Shown here: positions 39,181 through 51,602 of the stretch, piece by piece
Layout of the letters: each line of letters begins with the position of its first letter
Position numbering within the stretch: position 1 is the stretch's first letter
Origin: Azolla caroliniana
Taxonomy: Eukaryota > Plantae > Polypodiophyta
DNA length: 64,000 bases
Reading direction: 5' to 3'
Assembly (NCBI GenBank): GCA_043228905.1
Contig: JBHGNT010000011.1
Span: 9,982,001 to 10,046,000 of the forward strand
Notes under the pieces: model-generated
What the model was told of the DNA's origin: nothing
Databases searched by the model: none
The model's input: the letters and a program-made list of their open reading frames with translations, nothing else
Program-made: the position numbers and the translations under genes

Positions 39181-39610
39181 TTTGGGCAACCTGGTTGGGT
39201 GATCATATCAACATAGAATAAATTTTAAGAGGTTTGGGCAACCTATTTGGGTTACCATATTAAAAGAGAATTAATTTTAAGAGGTTTGGGCAACCTAGTT
39301 GGGTTACCATATTAAAAGAGAATTAATTTTAAGAGGTTTGGGCAACCTGGTTGGGTGACCATATCAAAAGAGAATTAATTGTAAGAGGTTTGGGCAACTT
39401 GGTTGGGTGACCATATCAACATAGAATAAATTTTAAGAGGTTTGGGCAACCTTGTTGGGTTACCATATTAAAAGAGGATTAATTTTAAGAGGTTTGAGCA
39501 ACCTGGTTGGGTGACCATATCAAAAGAGAATTAATTTTAAGAGGTTTGGGCAACCTGGTTGGGTGACCATATCAAAAGAGAATTAAGTTAAAGATGTTTG
39601 GGCAACTTGG
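39181..39610. repeat. 52-bp tandem repeat x~8 inside the MULE
   Basis: Units start 39181, 39233, 39285, 39337, 39389, 39441, 39493, 39545, 39597; each has tttgggcaacc and gttggg(t)gacc. Confidence 0.92.
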
Positions 39611-40127
39611 TTTCTCCGTTGAATGAAAAATCGTAGCTCATTAAAGAAATAAAAAAAGTCCTTTTTTTAGACATACGCGAGGAAGGTTCTAGGAACGTTG
39701 CTAAAGTCAATTGAAAGTCTTTTAGGAACTAGGAGCTGTGTGAAATTAGAATTTACCAATAAGATAGAGAAAGGATTAAGTAGATGATTGGTTAAAACGT
39801 CAAATCTATTGGAGATCACAACTTGAGAAACTTTTAAAACAACAAATCAACTTTAGATCACAACTTAGATTGGTTGAAAACAACAAATCACCTTTAGATC
39901 ACAACTTGTGATTGGTTTAAAACAACAAATCAACTTGAGATAAACACTTGTTGTAAACAACATTTCCATTAATAAGTAATCGCGATATACAATGAGTCGA
40001 TTCTCGCTATACAAAATTTGTGTGGATTCCAAAATATAGTTATAACATCAGGTCTATAGCAAAATTTGTGCTGAAAACAACATTCACAAAATTTACAATA
40101 TGGAGCCACCGGTCGCAGGTGCAAATC

Positions 40128-42112
40128 CTAGTACCCTTCGTGCCCACTCGTCCATATGATTCCGAAGTGAATCCACTTCGTGTTTGGTGAACCACATCTC
40201 TGTGCCCTGTCACCAAATATGTATAAGAACACATCTATACACAATCCACATGAATAAGGCATTGCAATTACACTTACAAAAGTCAGAGATATCCATCCTT
40301 GTAAGAACTCCCCCACCAACATTTGGATAGTCTTCATGACGTAAAAGCCACAATCCCAACAATTTGGCTGAGTTGGGATGTGCAATACGTGATGTTGACC
40401 CTCAGGCACAATGGTGTGGTCTAACGGTTCAAATGAAATTTCCCGAATCGCCAACTCTGCCATTCTCCGCATGTTGTCAGTCGCTGCGTTGTTCAATGGA
40501 TCGCAGAAGACTACTTTGCTAGTTAGCTTAGAAATTTTCTGTCGCATCTTCGTCCACAACACCCAATGCCCGTCAAGCACGATTGGAATGAACATATAAT
40601 CACATTCAGCCACCTTCCTAAGGATGTTGGGTAGCATCACCCACAGTGGGTTGACGACGGTGAAGCGTTCTGTCACCTCGAGTGGCAACGAATACTCCAT
40701 CCACAATGTGAATAAGGTCATAGTCCACGTCGATGCCATTTCACGACACTTGCACATGGTCTCAAGATCTGACTCGGTAACGTCAAGGGCCAAATCGAGA
40801 CGTTGGTAGGTCAGCTGGTACCTGAATGCATAGAAATATGTAGTTTGAGTAGGTACATCACACCCCATGTCAGTTAGTAGGATACTAGTTTATATTTCAC
40901 ATAAACCCTACCTGGAAAAGTGTTTATTTGGTGTTTGGATCCATAACCTTATGCCCTTGCCATGCTGAATTTGAACTATGGCCACATCCGGTGCAACGTC
41001 ATCTGAATATGATGTTAGGGAATAAACATCAGTGTGGGACTCGACCTCCTTCCGTCGGACTGGCATCTTTTGTCGTCTCTGTCTCGGTGGAGTGGACACA
41101 CCACCCTCAGATGGGTTTAGAGCCTCATCCACATTCGTGGACACACCTGTGGTTGGGTGGATATCCCCGCCTTTTTACACTGTTTCACCACAATAAGACA
41201 CATGTTAATATCTGAATTCTACCAATAAACCCTCCAACACATATATGAAATGAAATCCTCGCTCATACTTACATAAGAATCCAAACCGGATGATATTTCT
41301 TCGCCAACATTTCCAAACGATCATCCTTTTTGGAGTCGTATATGGCCATCTCATTGTCCATAAATTGCGCCCCTCTGTGTCAAGACGGAGTTCAGACAGA
41401 ATAGAGTGGTACCTCGAAACAACCCTAACCTTCAACTTCTGGATATATGTTTGCCGATTTCTGTTGTACTTGATTTCGGGGTCCATGAATCTTCTGAGTG
41501 ATCTCTGATGCTCATAGTTATTAAAGCATACCCCCGGAATGCCCTCCTCCTCCTCTATACGCATCCCTCATGGTAGGACTATGTCTATTCCATGTTCCCT
41601 GCGTAAATGTGATTCCATGTCACTTTTTTTGCGATACCACCTTGGCGAGAGGCGGCAATACTCAGTATAGATACACGCACGGGCCTTGTTCCTATTTGCA
41701 TCTCTTCCAACCTTATACAACGAGTTTGGGCAAGGAGCATCTGTTCCTTCTGTATGTGTTACATATTTAAGATTGACATAAAGATTGGCATAAAGATTGA
41801 CATATTGGAACAACACCAAATCCACATACCATTTGGAGGAGCATCTTGGTCAAATGTTGCCATGGCCTGTATGGGCTCGATCTGAGGCGTATGTGTTTGA
41901 TCCATTCTGTCCCCACTCGTACACATGTCGGCTGACGAACTTCGCCAATGTCTTCTAACGAAGACCCTTTAACAAATCACGAGTCAACATACATGCATCA
42001 AACCCTAAACCAGTATTAGGGGAGATTGGTTCGTGACATACCTCTCTTGAGTTGGATATATGTCACTGTTATCGAAATCCCACCAATCTTTGTACTTGGA
42101 CTTGGAAGCCAT
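40128..42112 (-). pseudogene. Multi-exon MULE accessory gene: putative C2H2-like finger plus Ulp1/peptidase C48 domain
   Basis: Catalytic motifs HWVL, FCDPL, QPNCWDCGFYVM. Upstream exons from ATG 42112 with GT-AG ends. In-frame TGA at 41568-41570 (likely CGA>TGA). The 3' end of the gene is uncertain. Confidence 0.75.
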
Positions 42113-43469
42113 CTACCACCATTCAAGTAATCAAACATTTTTTGAATTTAATACTCAAACACACACAATATTAAGTTTAAGCAAGCAAATCATTAAACCC
42201 TAAACCCGAAACCCTAATCCCTCACTTCCAAATCTCCCCATATGTTATATCCTACTTATCATGTTCCAAATCCCTAATTAGAGGAGGAGGAATATAATGA
42301 TGATGGTGGTGACCATCCCTGTATGTAAGGATTGTGTGCAAAACAACAGATGAAGGTTAAATGATTTAGTAAATGTGGTTTGTCCTAAAAGGAAAAGTCA
42401 TGTGTTGCAGCGAATGTGGTTGATGTGACCTCTAAGAAAAAAAGATGAGGATGGAACAATGACAATGCTTTAGTGCCATTCTTACACATTATTGATGACT
42501 AAAAAAATGAAGAAAAGAAAAGATGACAATGAGATTGTTACACATTGTTGATGACAATTTTTTTTTGATGATAATGATATGAATGACTTCAGGGTTAAAT
42601 CAATGCCATTCTGAATCAACCAAGGATTGAGACAGTTTAAACATGGCATAGAGCTGTCTCTAGGGATTGACAATAAAAGAGAGTTAATTGAATCAAAGCC
42701 AGAGTCTCTGGTGTTGGTAAACTAGAGAGAGTACAAGATTAAAGAAGTAAGAAGGTTTATGAAGAGGGGGGTAAGGCTATTGATGATGGTATGGAACCAT
42801 GATTATGATGATGAGTGAATGTGTAATTGATAGAACATAAGATAGTTTTCCTTTCGTTATGTAGAGGTTGCTTGCATGCCGCTCAACGAAAAGTGTTACA
42901 CATTCTTGAAGAAGATTAAAAAAATGTGGTAATTGATGTGGATGATCTTAGGGGGAAGATTGAAATACCCCTTTTTGAATCAATCAAACCAAGGATTGAG
43001 ACAATTCAAATGCAACTTCGTGATTATTATTACTATTTTTTCCATTTGTTTTGGGGGGATAATAGTGATGGCATATCCATGTTTTGTACCTTAACTATGC
43101 AGTTAAAAGACTCAGGATGCAATATCGAATACTGCTACCTTATTCAATGCATAGATTTCATGTCTGAGGTAGAGCCTTCTACATGATTTTAGTAATGAAT
43201 CCTTATCCTTGTAATCCCTCAACAAGAAACAAAATCCCTCAACTACTCCAATCCCTAATCCCTCAACTATTCCTACCACATGTAAAAAAAACAGAAAAAG
43301 TGATGCGATAGGGTTTAGTACATACCTGGGAATAGTGATGGAGGAGATTGATTGTTGTGTATGTTGATTGCAGGCCGCCTAACGCCCAACTCTTTCCTGG
43401 CAAAAGAAACCTGTCAATCTCGTTTGAAAAAATGAGAGATAATGACAGGTTTTAGGCTTTTATAGTCAT

Positions 43470-43830
43470 CGGTTGAGCGACCTACATCTTTTATTGGGTT
43501 GGTTGGGTGACCAACTCAATATAAACCCTAAAGCAGTTGGGCAACCTGCTTCAACTGGTCACCCAACCGCTTTAAAAATAAACGGTTGGGCGACCTACAT
43601 CTTTTATTGGGTTGGTTGGGTGACCAACTCAATATAAACCCTAAAGCAGTTGGGCAACCTGCTTTTGCAAGTCACCCAACCGCTTTAAAAATAAACGGTT
43701 GGGCGACCTGCATCTTTTATTGAGTTGGTTGGGTGACCAACTCAATATAAGCCCTAAAGCAGTTGGGCAACCTGCTTAAACTGGTCACCCAACGGTTGGG
43801 TGACCTCTGACAAGGTTGGGCGACCTCTGC
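43470..43830. repeat. 113-bp tandem repeat x~3, right subterminal region
   Basis: Units start 43470, 43583, 43696, each with several GGTTGGG(C/T)GACC motifs. Confidence 0.9.
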
Positions 43831-44020
43831 ACAACTTTTTTTTTCGCGCGTTCTTCCTTATCGAAATTCGACGATGCAGATTGCACGCGCCTTCTCTGAG
43901 CAACCTGCACCGTCTGTGGCCGCGATTCCCTCACCAGCCCTCTTTATGATTTGTGTCATAATAGACACGTCGCTATGTATGTATGTATGCATTGCTATGT
44001 ATGTACATATGTATGTGTAT

Positions 44021-44160
44021 GTCGACGTGTCTAACTACTACCAAAATATATTAAAGAGGGCAAGTGAGGGAATCGCAGGCACGGACGGTGCAGGTCGCTC
44101 AGTTGAGGGCATGTGCGATTTGCATCGTCCGATGTAGATAAAAATAAAAGTGTGCGCTCA
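44021..44160. mobile_element. Third, diverged TIR copy of a related MULE
   Basis: cgacgtgtcta..gagggcaagtgagggaatcgc..acggtgcaggtcgctcag matches the left TIR. Confidence 0.7.
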
Positions 44161-44639
44161 AAATATCACTTTCTAGGGAGCTCGAGGAGCTTGACTCAAC
44201 TGAAGCAGGCGCCCAAGGAGCCCGACTAACCTGAGGCAGGAGCCCGAGGAGCCCGACTCTGACCCATATATATATATACATAGAATGAACCATACGTATC
44301 ATACGTGCATTCGCATTCAAGAATGATTCAATCAAACGTGTATGGTAAATAATCTCAAAGTTGGATTGGATTGACTAGGGTCTATATTATATATTGATTC
44401 ACTCTCAATCCCAATAAGTGGACTCTAATCCATTGTGAACCACCAACATAAGTATGGTTGCAATATTTGCATTGTATCACATGCATACTTTTGGGATGCA
44501 AATCAAGACATCTCTATCATCCTCACTTTAGAACTTTACAAAATAATGAGTATGAACTATAGAGATTGAATCAAAATATGTAATTATAAATTATAATCAA
44601 ACGTTCAAAAACTCATAAATCGTATATTCGAGAATATGA

Positions 44640-45130
44640 AGAAAACATGACATAGGCAGTAGCAACATAACAACTTACCACTAGGGTGACCTAATTTCTA
44701 ATAAGAAAGAAAGAAAGAAAGAAAGAAAAAGGAACATGACATTAACATAAGATTTTGCCATGACATAGGCAGTAGTAGCATAACAACTTACCACTCGGTG
44801 AGCTAATTTCTAATAACAAAGAAAGAAAGAAAAAGAAGAAAAAGGAACATGACACTAACTTAAAATTTTGCCATGACACTAACAAGAGGATATGAGAAAG
44901 TTGGGAATTGAACCCAAGAGACAAGTAATAGTAGCACAACAACTTACCACTAGGTTGTGCTTAGTTCTAATAAAAAAATTTAAAAGATAAAAACTATTAT
45001 AACACTAACATAAAATTTTCTATGACATGGTACTAATGAGAGAGAGAAAGAGATGAGAAAATTGGGAATCAAACCCAAGACATAGACAACAATAGCATGG
45101 CTCCTTACCACTAGGGTGAATTACATTATA
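44640..45130. repeat. Degenerate repeat (acaacttaccactagggtg core, 4 copies)
   Basis: Cores near 44670, 44782, 44939, 45104; two units carry gggaat(tg/ca)aaccc. Confidence 0.65.
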
Positions 45131-45240
45131 ATGAAAATAAATGAAAAAAAAACAAAAAAAAAGGAGCACGTATTTTTCCCATTTCAAATGTGTTCGTTTC
45201 CAAACATTTCAATGCTTGCACGAACACGAATATTACATTC

Positions 45241-45271
<31 letters not shown>

Positions 45272-45827
45272 TGTGTTGTGGGAAGATAATTTTGAAATTT
45301 TATTTATGGTGAGTGAGGGCGAGGAAAACAGAGAACATGATTGTGCAAATTGAAACCCTAACAATTGGTTTAAGGTTTAGGTTGTTGATGCTTCTCTCAG
45401 TTAGGAATTTCTCTGTTCTTTCATGTCATGATATGGCATAATATGGCTTCAAAAGGACTTGAACCCATGACCTTGTGTTACATGGGTAAAAGTCATACCA
45501 TTAAGCCATGCATTGTAAGACAAAAAGTATCATTTTCATTTATTATTTGATTATAGGAAATTCATGTATATTCTAGATTACTCTGGAACATTCTAGAAAA
45601 TTCAAGAGTACTCTTGACAATACTATAAATAGAGGCACATGCCATTAGTCAAAACCAATTCGGTTCAACGCTAATCTTAAGCCCCTAACTATTATGGTAT
45701 CTTCTCTTCATATAATATACCACTTGTTATTATTCCGCGAGTCATACAAGCTCGTAAAGAAGTGCATCATGCCTTTTACTGAGACGGACCAGTGATAATA
45801 AATGATCGCGCCACCAATTGACGGCGT

Positions 45828-46431
45828 GTGGCCCATGTGACAGACAATAAAATTAGGATGACTTTATGGAATTGTAACGATGCACTTTGGACACATCTTG
45901 ATCGTCTAGAGGATATTTTGAAGGTATCTGATATACTTTTCTTAATAGAAACACATCAAAGTCCAAACCAAGGATTGCCACGAGTTGAAGGTTTTCGTTG
46001 GGAATCTGTCTTTAGACAAACCTCATGTCGACACACTACTAGAGGGTCTGGAGGGGTTGCAATATTATTTCGGAGAGAGATATATAATAGGATAGAAATA
46101 CTAAAGACATACCCAAAAGCCCGTTTTATGTGGGTGAAAGTCCTCACTTGCAAGGATAAGACGATATATTATCGCCATTTGTTACTTCCCCCCAAAAGGA
46201 TCCCGGTAAAATATGGTTGGAGAGGCGAGTATAGTTGATGATGGAGCGCCACATTGGCCTTCTCCATACGAACCTTTATCGGAAAACATAATCCGATATT
46301 CTTCTCAAGGGGAAGTCTTCCTCATAGGAGATTTCAATGCAAGAACCCAGTCTCGACAATGCACAATATTTCAACTGGATAAAAACCTAGAAATGGTGAA
46401 TGTCAACCCTTTAGCCATAGACATTCCACGT
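45828..46431 (+). pseudogene. Non-LTR retrotransposon (LINE) AP-endonuclease fragment
   Basis: EEP motifs TLWNCN, LFLIETH, GSGGVAIL, FMWV, LIGDFNAR; frameshift near 46170; cut by Gypsy F at 46432. Confidence 0.82.
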
Positions 46432-46911
46432 TGTCGTAGTGTTACCGGCCGGCAAGGAGTCCAAAATACGGAGTGAAGGAATGAATTAAGTATGGTTGTA
46501 AATAAGCATAGTGTGGACGGACGGACTGGAAACGGTATGCCGTTCCAGATCCGGACGGATCCCGAATAGGTGCGATAGGCACCGTTTTGTACTACGGGCC
46601 GGAAACCTATTTAAAGGCCCGGACCCCATTGTAATGGCAACGGATAATTAATAGAGCATATTGTGTTTATACTTCTGTGTTGATTTCCGTTCTGTAATTA
46701 CTGTTATATCTTACGCGTGTAATTAACAAAAGCACTCTAATCGTGTAACCTACGTAAGTCGGTGTAATCGTTGAATCTTGATCCTATGCCGTAATCACCC
46801 TTTGGTGAAGTGTCTCCGTGACACCTTGTGTTAGGCCTTGTCCGGTCAGAGAATAACACAGTTTTGGCGACCACGATTCCTGCTTTCTCGCAGCGAACGA
46901 CGGCTTAATGG

Positions 46912-49900
46912 ATGACGAGACCAACGCACGACCTGGTTACAGACCGAGCTCGACGCCTCGCCGAACGGCAAAGACGGCGTGAGACTTTCCAGCAAGCAGC
47001 GCACGAAATTCGCTTGGATCGTTCGTTCTCCAACGAGATCCGGAGAGTCGCGGAGGAATCTCTTCGGTTACAGCAAACTCGCGACCAGGACGACGGAAGC
47101 AGTCTAAGTAGTCTCCGGGAAACCGAACGCCTCCTCGAGGCGCTGGCAAGCGGAGAAAACGAGGCAGAAGCCTTTTCAGCCTACGAATCGGATTCCGACG
47201 GGGGATACAACGTGCACACGAACTACCGGAGCAGCAACGATACCCCCGGCGGCCCGGAGGACGATGGGTCGGATACCGTGCCGACTCCAGAACCGGAACC
47301 GCTCGACCAGGGCTATCCGGAACCGCAAACGGAAGCCGTCAACCCACCAACACCGGAAGTGGAAGAAGCAACGCCACCGACACCAACGAAAGAGCCGGCG
47401 AAGGTACCGGAAGACGAGCCGGTGAAAGAACCGGAAAAAGAACCGGAAGAGGAACCGGAAAAAGCACCGGCAAAACAACCGGAAGTGGAACCGGAGAGAA
47501 AACCGGAAAGATATCAACAAACGCCACTAAACCGCGGCCTAATACTGGACGGCGACATGCCGTTCCAATACTCAAAGTATCGCGATGATCCGGACGCGGA
47601 AGCGCATGTTCATGCCTTCGAGCAGACATGGGAAGCAAATCACACGTCCCAACGAATGACACCGGAGGAAGAAGAACGCTCGAAGATAGCAGAATTCGGG
47701 GTCACGTTGGAAGGACCAGCGACACGATGGCGGCGGACGCAGGACCCGGCGACCATCACAACCTTTGCAGAATTAAAAGCAAAATTCTTGCATTTTTTCC
47801 ACAAGGAGGTCGACCAGACGACAATGGTGGGCCTGTTTTATACGATCCGACAGGAGGCAGGGGAAAGCATTCCCCAATTCGTCATCCGTTTCCAGCGAAT
47901 GCATAGCCAGCTTGCCCGTGCACCCCCGGAGGAGGAATTACGGACGATATTTTTAAGCGCACTCCGGGAACCGTTACGCACGGTGTGTATGGTGATCGAC
48001 TTTCGAGGAAGCACCATTGACCAGGTCATTGACCGGGTCAGAGAAATGGAAAAGTCAAGCTCATGGCTTACACTGGGAGCACTGCAACGGGCATTACCCA
48101 CAGATGAAGATCTCCGGTTCCGGCAGGCAATTCAATGCACAATCTGCTTGAATGCCGGACACTCGGCAGTGGAGTGCACCATGCGAACCCAGTGTGTGAT
48201 TTGTCAATCCAAGAGTCATACAACGGACCGGTGCGAGTATAACCTGCTAAACCGACAAGCACCACCCGTCCGACGGATCGAGCCAAGAAGCAGCCGAGAC
48301 GAAGATGAAGATCGTTGGCAAAGAATGAACCGGTACCGACCGGCACAGGATGTCCGGTACGGAGACAGACAAGAGAATGATGGCCGGTACGGGGATCGGC
48401 ATGATAACTACGACCGGTATGAGCGATCGGACCGTTATCGGGAGTCCAACAGACGACACGAGCAATACGACAGAGACCATTCCCCGGGTTACCGAAGGCA
48501 CCAGGAGGACTACGGCCGATTTTACGATCCACCACGACCGGACTACCGAAATAAAAATAAGCATAATAAGAAACGTAATTTCAAGAAAGGTGGTCACCGT
48601 AGGGACCCGGAACAGGGAACCCCAAGGAGCCAACCGGCACAGAACGCACCACTCACTACGGGACCGGCTACTAGCAATGCTGAATCCAGCAATACCCGTA
48701 AAGAGTACTGCTACTACTGCAAGCAGGAAGGCCACTACAGTAACCAGTGCCCGACAAAGAGCTACGATAAACGACCAACAGTTAATATGGTGGTTCCGGA
48801 AGTGGTGGATTTACAGCAAGTAACCACACGGTCGAAAGGCATGGCCAAAGAGTGGGAAACACAAGAGGCCATACGAAAACAGGCGACGGAATGGGTGAAG
48901 GAAGCCAATGAAAGGAACGTCGCGGACGCGGAACGACAAAAGGCGAATACCATAGGGAGTGCCGGCGGTAGCCACGCAGAAAACGAGACATGGCAAGCAT
49001 TGCAAGAATTTCAGATCACGTTGCCATTGGGAAGACTCTTGCAGCTCGTGCCGCGATTTACGGAAGGACTAAAAACGGTCATGACAGACGGTATAGCCCC
49101 ACCGGCACCAGTCCTCTTCTCGAATCCGGAGGAGGGACCGACGGTGGTGGACACTAGTAGTCCGGTGATTACAGCTATTGTCAAAGGGCACGAACTTCCT
49201 GGCACAGTAATCGATGGAGGTTCCGGGGTGAACGTAATAAGCCTCCGCACGTGTGATGCCTTGGGTATACATGAATGGGAGCCATGTCCGTTCTGGCTAC
49301 GGATGGCGGATACGAGCTCTGTACGGCCGACGGGCTTAATACGGAAATTGGAAGTCACCATAGGAGGTCACACATTTCACATCTCGGCTGTAGTGCTGCA
49401 GCTACAGGCGCAAGGCGCGTACCCACTGTTGCTGGGCAGACCATGGTTGAAAACAGCACACATCAAGCAAAATTGGCGGAAAAATATGTTTACCTTCCGG
49501 CGTGGAAAAGCCAAGGTCCGGGTACCGACACAACCACGGACGAGCAACGGTAAGGAATGCACACCGCTGTATGCGGAATGCGTGAACATGCTTGAAGGGT
49601 TGGCAGACGACGAAGAAGCCCAGTACTTGGAGGAACACCCGAAGATCGTACCACTCTTCGAGATTGACGTAGCTGAAGCCGTAGCGCCATACTTGCCGCA
49701 GCGGGACGAAACCGAAGCCGAACCAGACAAAGATGCGATTCGGGAATTACGGCAAGCACAGGAAGCGTTGGAACGGGAAATGGCCGTTTCCCAACGGGTA
49801 AAAACATCCCAGCTCGACGAAGTGAACCTAGGAAGCAAGGACGAATCAAAGCCGGTACACATCGCCAAAGAAATGAAGCCGGAAGAAAAAGCGGCGATGA

Positions 49901-51602
49901 TCAAACTTCTCACGGAGTTTCGCGACGTATTCGCCTGGTCATACGAAGACATGCGAGGGTTGGACCCTCAATTATATCAGCATCAGATCCACTTAGGCAA
50001 GGACGCGAAACCAGTGGCGCAAAGACGTTACTGAATGAACCCCAACTACGCCGCCAAAGTGAAGGAGGAAATCGACAAACTCCTAAGAGTGGGCTTCATC
50101 CGGCCGGTAAAGAAAGCGACGTGGCTGAGCCCCATCGTCGTCGTCCCAAAGAAGAACGGTAAAATCCGCGTGTGTGTAGATTACAGGAAACTAAATGCAG
50201 CCACAGTTACAGATGCATTCCCTCTTCCGTTCACGGATGGAGTACTGGATGCCGTCGCCGGCCATGAAGTTTATAGCTTTTTAGACGGGTTCAGCGGATA
50301 CAATCAAATCCGGATGCATCCTGACGACCAGGAGAAGACAACGTTTGTCACCGAATGGGGGGTGTTTGTGGCCGAAGTAATGATGTTCGGATTAAAAACG
50401 GCACCAGCAACTTTCCAGCGAATCATCATGGAGATCTTCGGCGAATACATTCCAGCCTTCATGCAGGTGTTCCTGGATGACTTTGCAGTCTATAGCCGGG
50501 AAAAAGACCATTTGCAGCACCTACGGTTATGCCTTGAAAAGTGTAGGTTATACCGGCTAAGCTTAAACCCAACAAAATGCATCTTTGGGGTTTCAAGTGG
50601 AATCTTACTGGGACACATTGTAAGTAAGGAGGGCATTGCGGTCGACCCGGACAAAGTAAACGCGATACTAGGGGCACCGGCGCCGAAAACGGCCAAAGCA
50701 CTAAGCCGATTCTTAGGACAGATCCGGTGGCACAGCCGGATGCTCCGTCACTTGGCTGACTTGGCTACACCATTACACACCGCGGTACATCGGACACCGT
50801 TCCAATGGACGGATACGGAGGATAAGGCATACAATGCCCTGAAGGTACTTTTGTCGCAAGCACCCGTCGTGCAGCCTCCGGATTGGAGCAAGGAATTTCA
50901 TGTGTTCGTTGACGCTTCCGACATCGCTATCGGCAGCGCCTTAATGCAACTTACGGAGCCCAAATGGTACCGGCCGGTATATTACGCCAGCCGGAAGCTG
51001 TCCCAAGCGGAGAAGAACTATTCGACTACGGAACGGGAGGCCCTGGGCATGATCTACAGTGTCACAAAGTTTCGTCATTACCTATTGGGAAGGAAGTTCT
51101 CCTTTCATGTGGATCACTCGGCGCTCCTGTATTTAGTGTCCAAGGCGTCCCTAACCGGTAAGTTGGCCCGTTGGACCTTGCTGTTGCAGGAGTTCGAATT
51201 CGAGATCTTCCACCGGCCCGGTATCCAGCATGCCGTAGCAGACTACCTGAGCCGGTTAGAGTCCGGAGAATCAGGCGACGGAGTATCAGATGAATTCCCA
51301 GACGCAGAGTTATTCCGTATCACCCCGGAAACGGCAGCGGACGACACGGTGGTATCAGAAGATAGGTGGCTGACAAACATGCACCAGTTCCTAAGCACGG
51401 GCCTGCCACCGGAGGAAATGAACCGGGACGAGAGGAAACGACTGGCGGTGCAGAGCCGAAATTTCTGTCTGTTACGGGACACTCTCTACCACAAGGGAGC
51501 AGATGGAATATGGAGACGTGCAGTCCGTAGTGACGAGAAACAAGTAATCTTACGGGAAGCACACTGTGGGGTTGCCGGAGGACACTATACCGGGGAAGCG
51601 AC
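46912..51602 (+). pseudogene. Gypsy E gag-protease-RT-RNase H
   Basis: Three CCHC knuckles, protease IDGGSG, RT FLDGFSGY/FLDDF, RNase H DASD..TEREA. In-frame TGA at 50032-50034 (RRY*MNP, likely CGA>TGA). Interrupted by G. Confidence 0.93.

Larger units (their letters stand above)
35525..43972 (-). mobile_element. Mutator-like DNA transposon (MULE) carrying a Ulp1 protease gene (Kaonashi/VANDAL-like layout)
   Basis: Long imperfect TIRs (~35525-35683 vs ~43815-43972); candidate 9-bp TSD ctatgtatg (35516-35524/43973-43981, within a microsatellite); MULE transposase and Ulp1 genes inside. Confidence 0.88.

Noticed and set aside
39181-39610. 52-bp array as a CRISPR array
   Set aside because: Units repeat over their whole length with no unique spacers; no cas genes; eukaryotic transposon context.
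42195-42222. Interstitial telomere (aaaccct-like copies)
   Set aside because: Only about 3 degenerate units; more like common telo-box-type upstream sequence.
45383-45670. Solo LTR (tgttga..tcaacg with tataaata)
   Set aside because: No TSD and no second copy in the window.
50032-50034. Programmed stop-codon readthrough between gag and pol in E
   Set aside because: The TGA falls after protease in the RRY(R)MNP stretch and fits a CGA>TGA deamination like other stops in the window.
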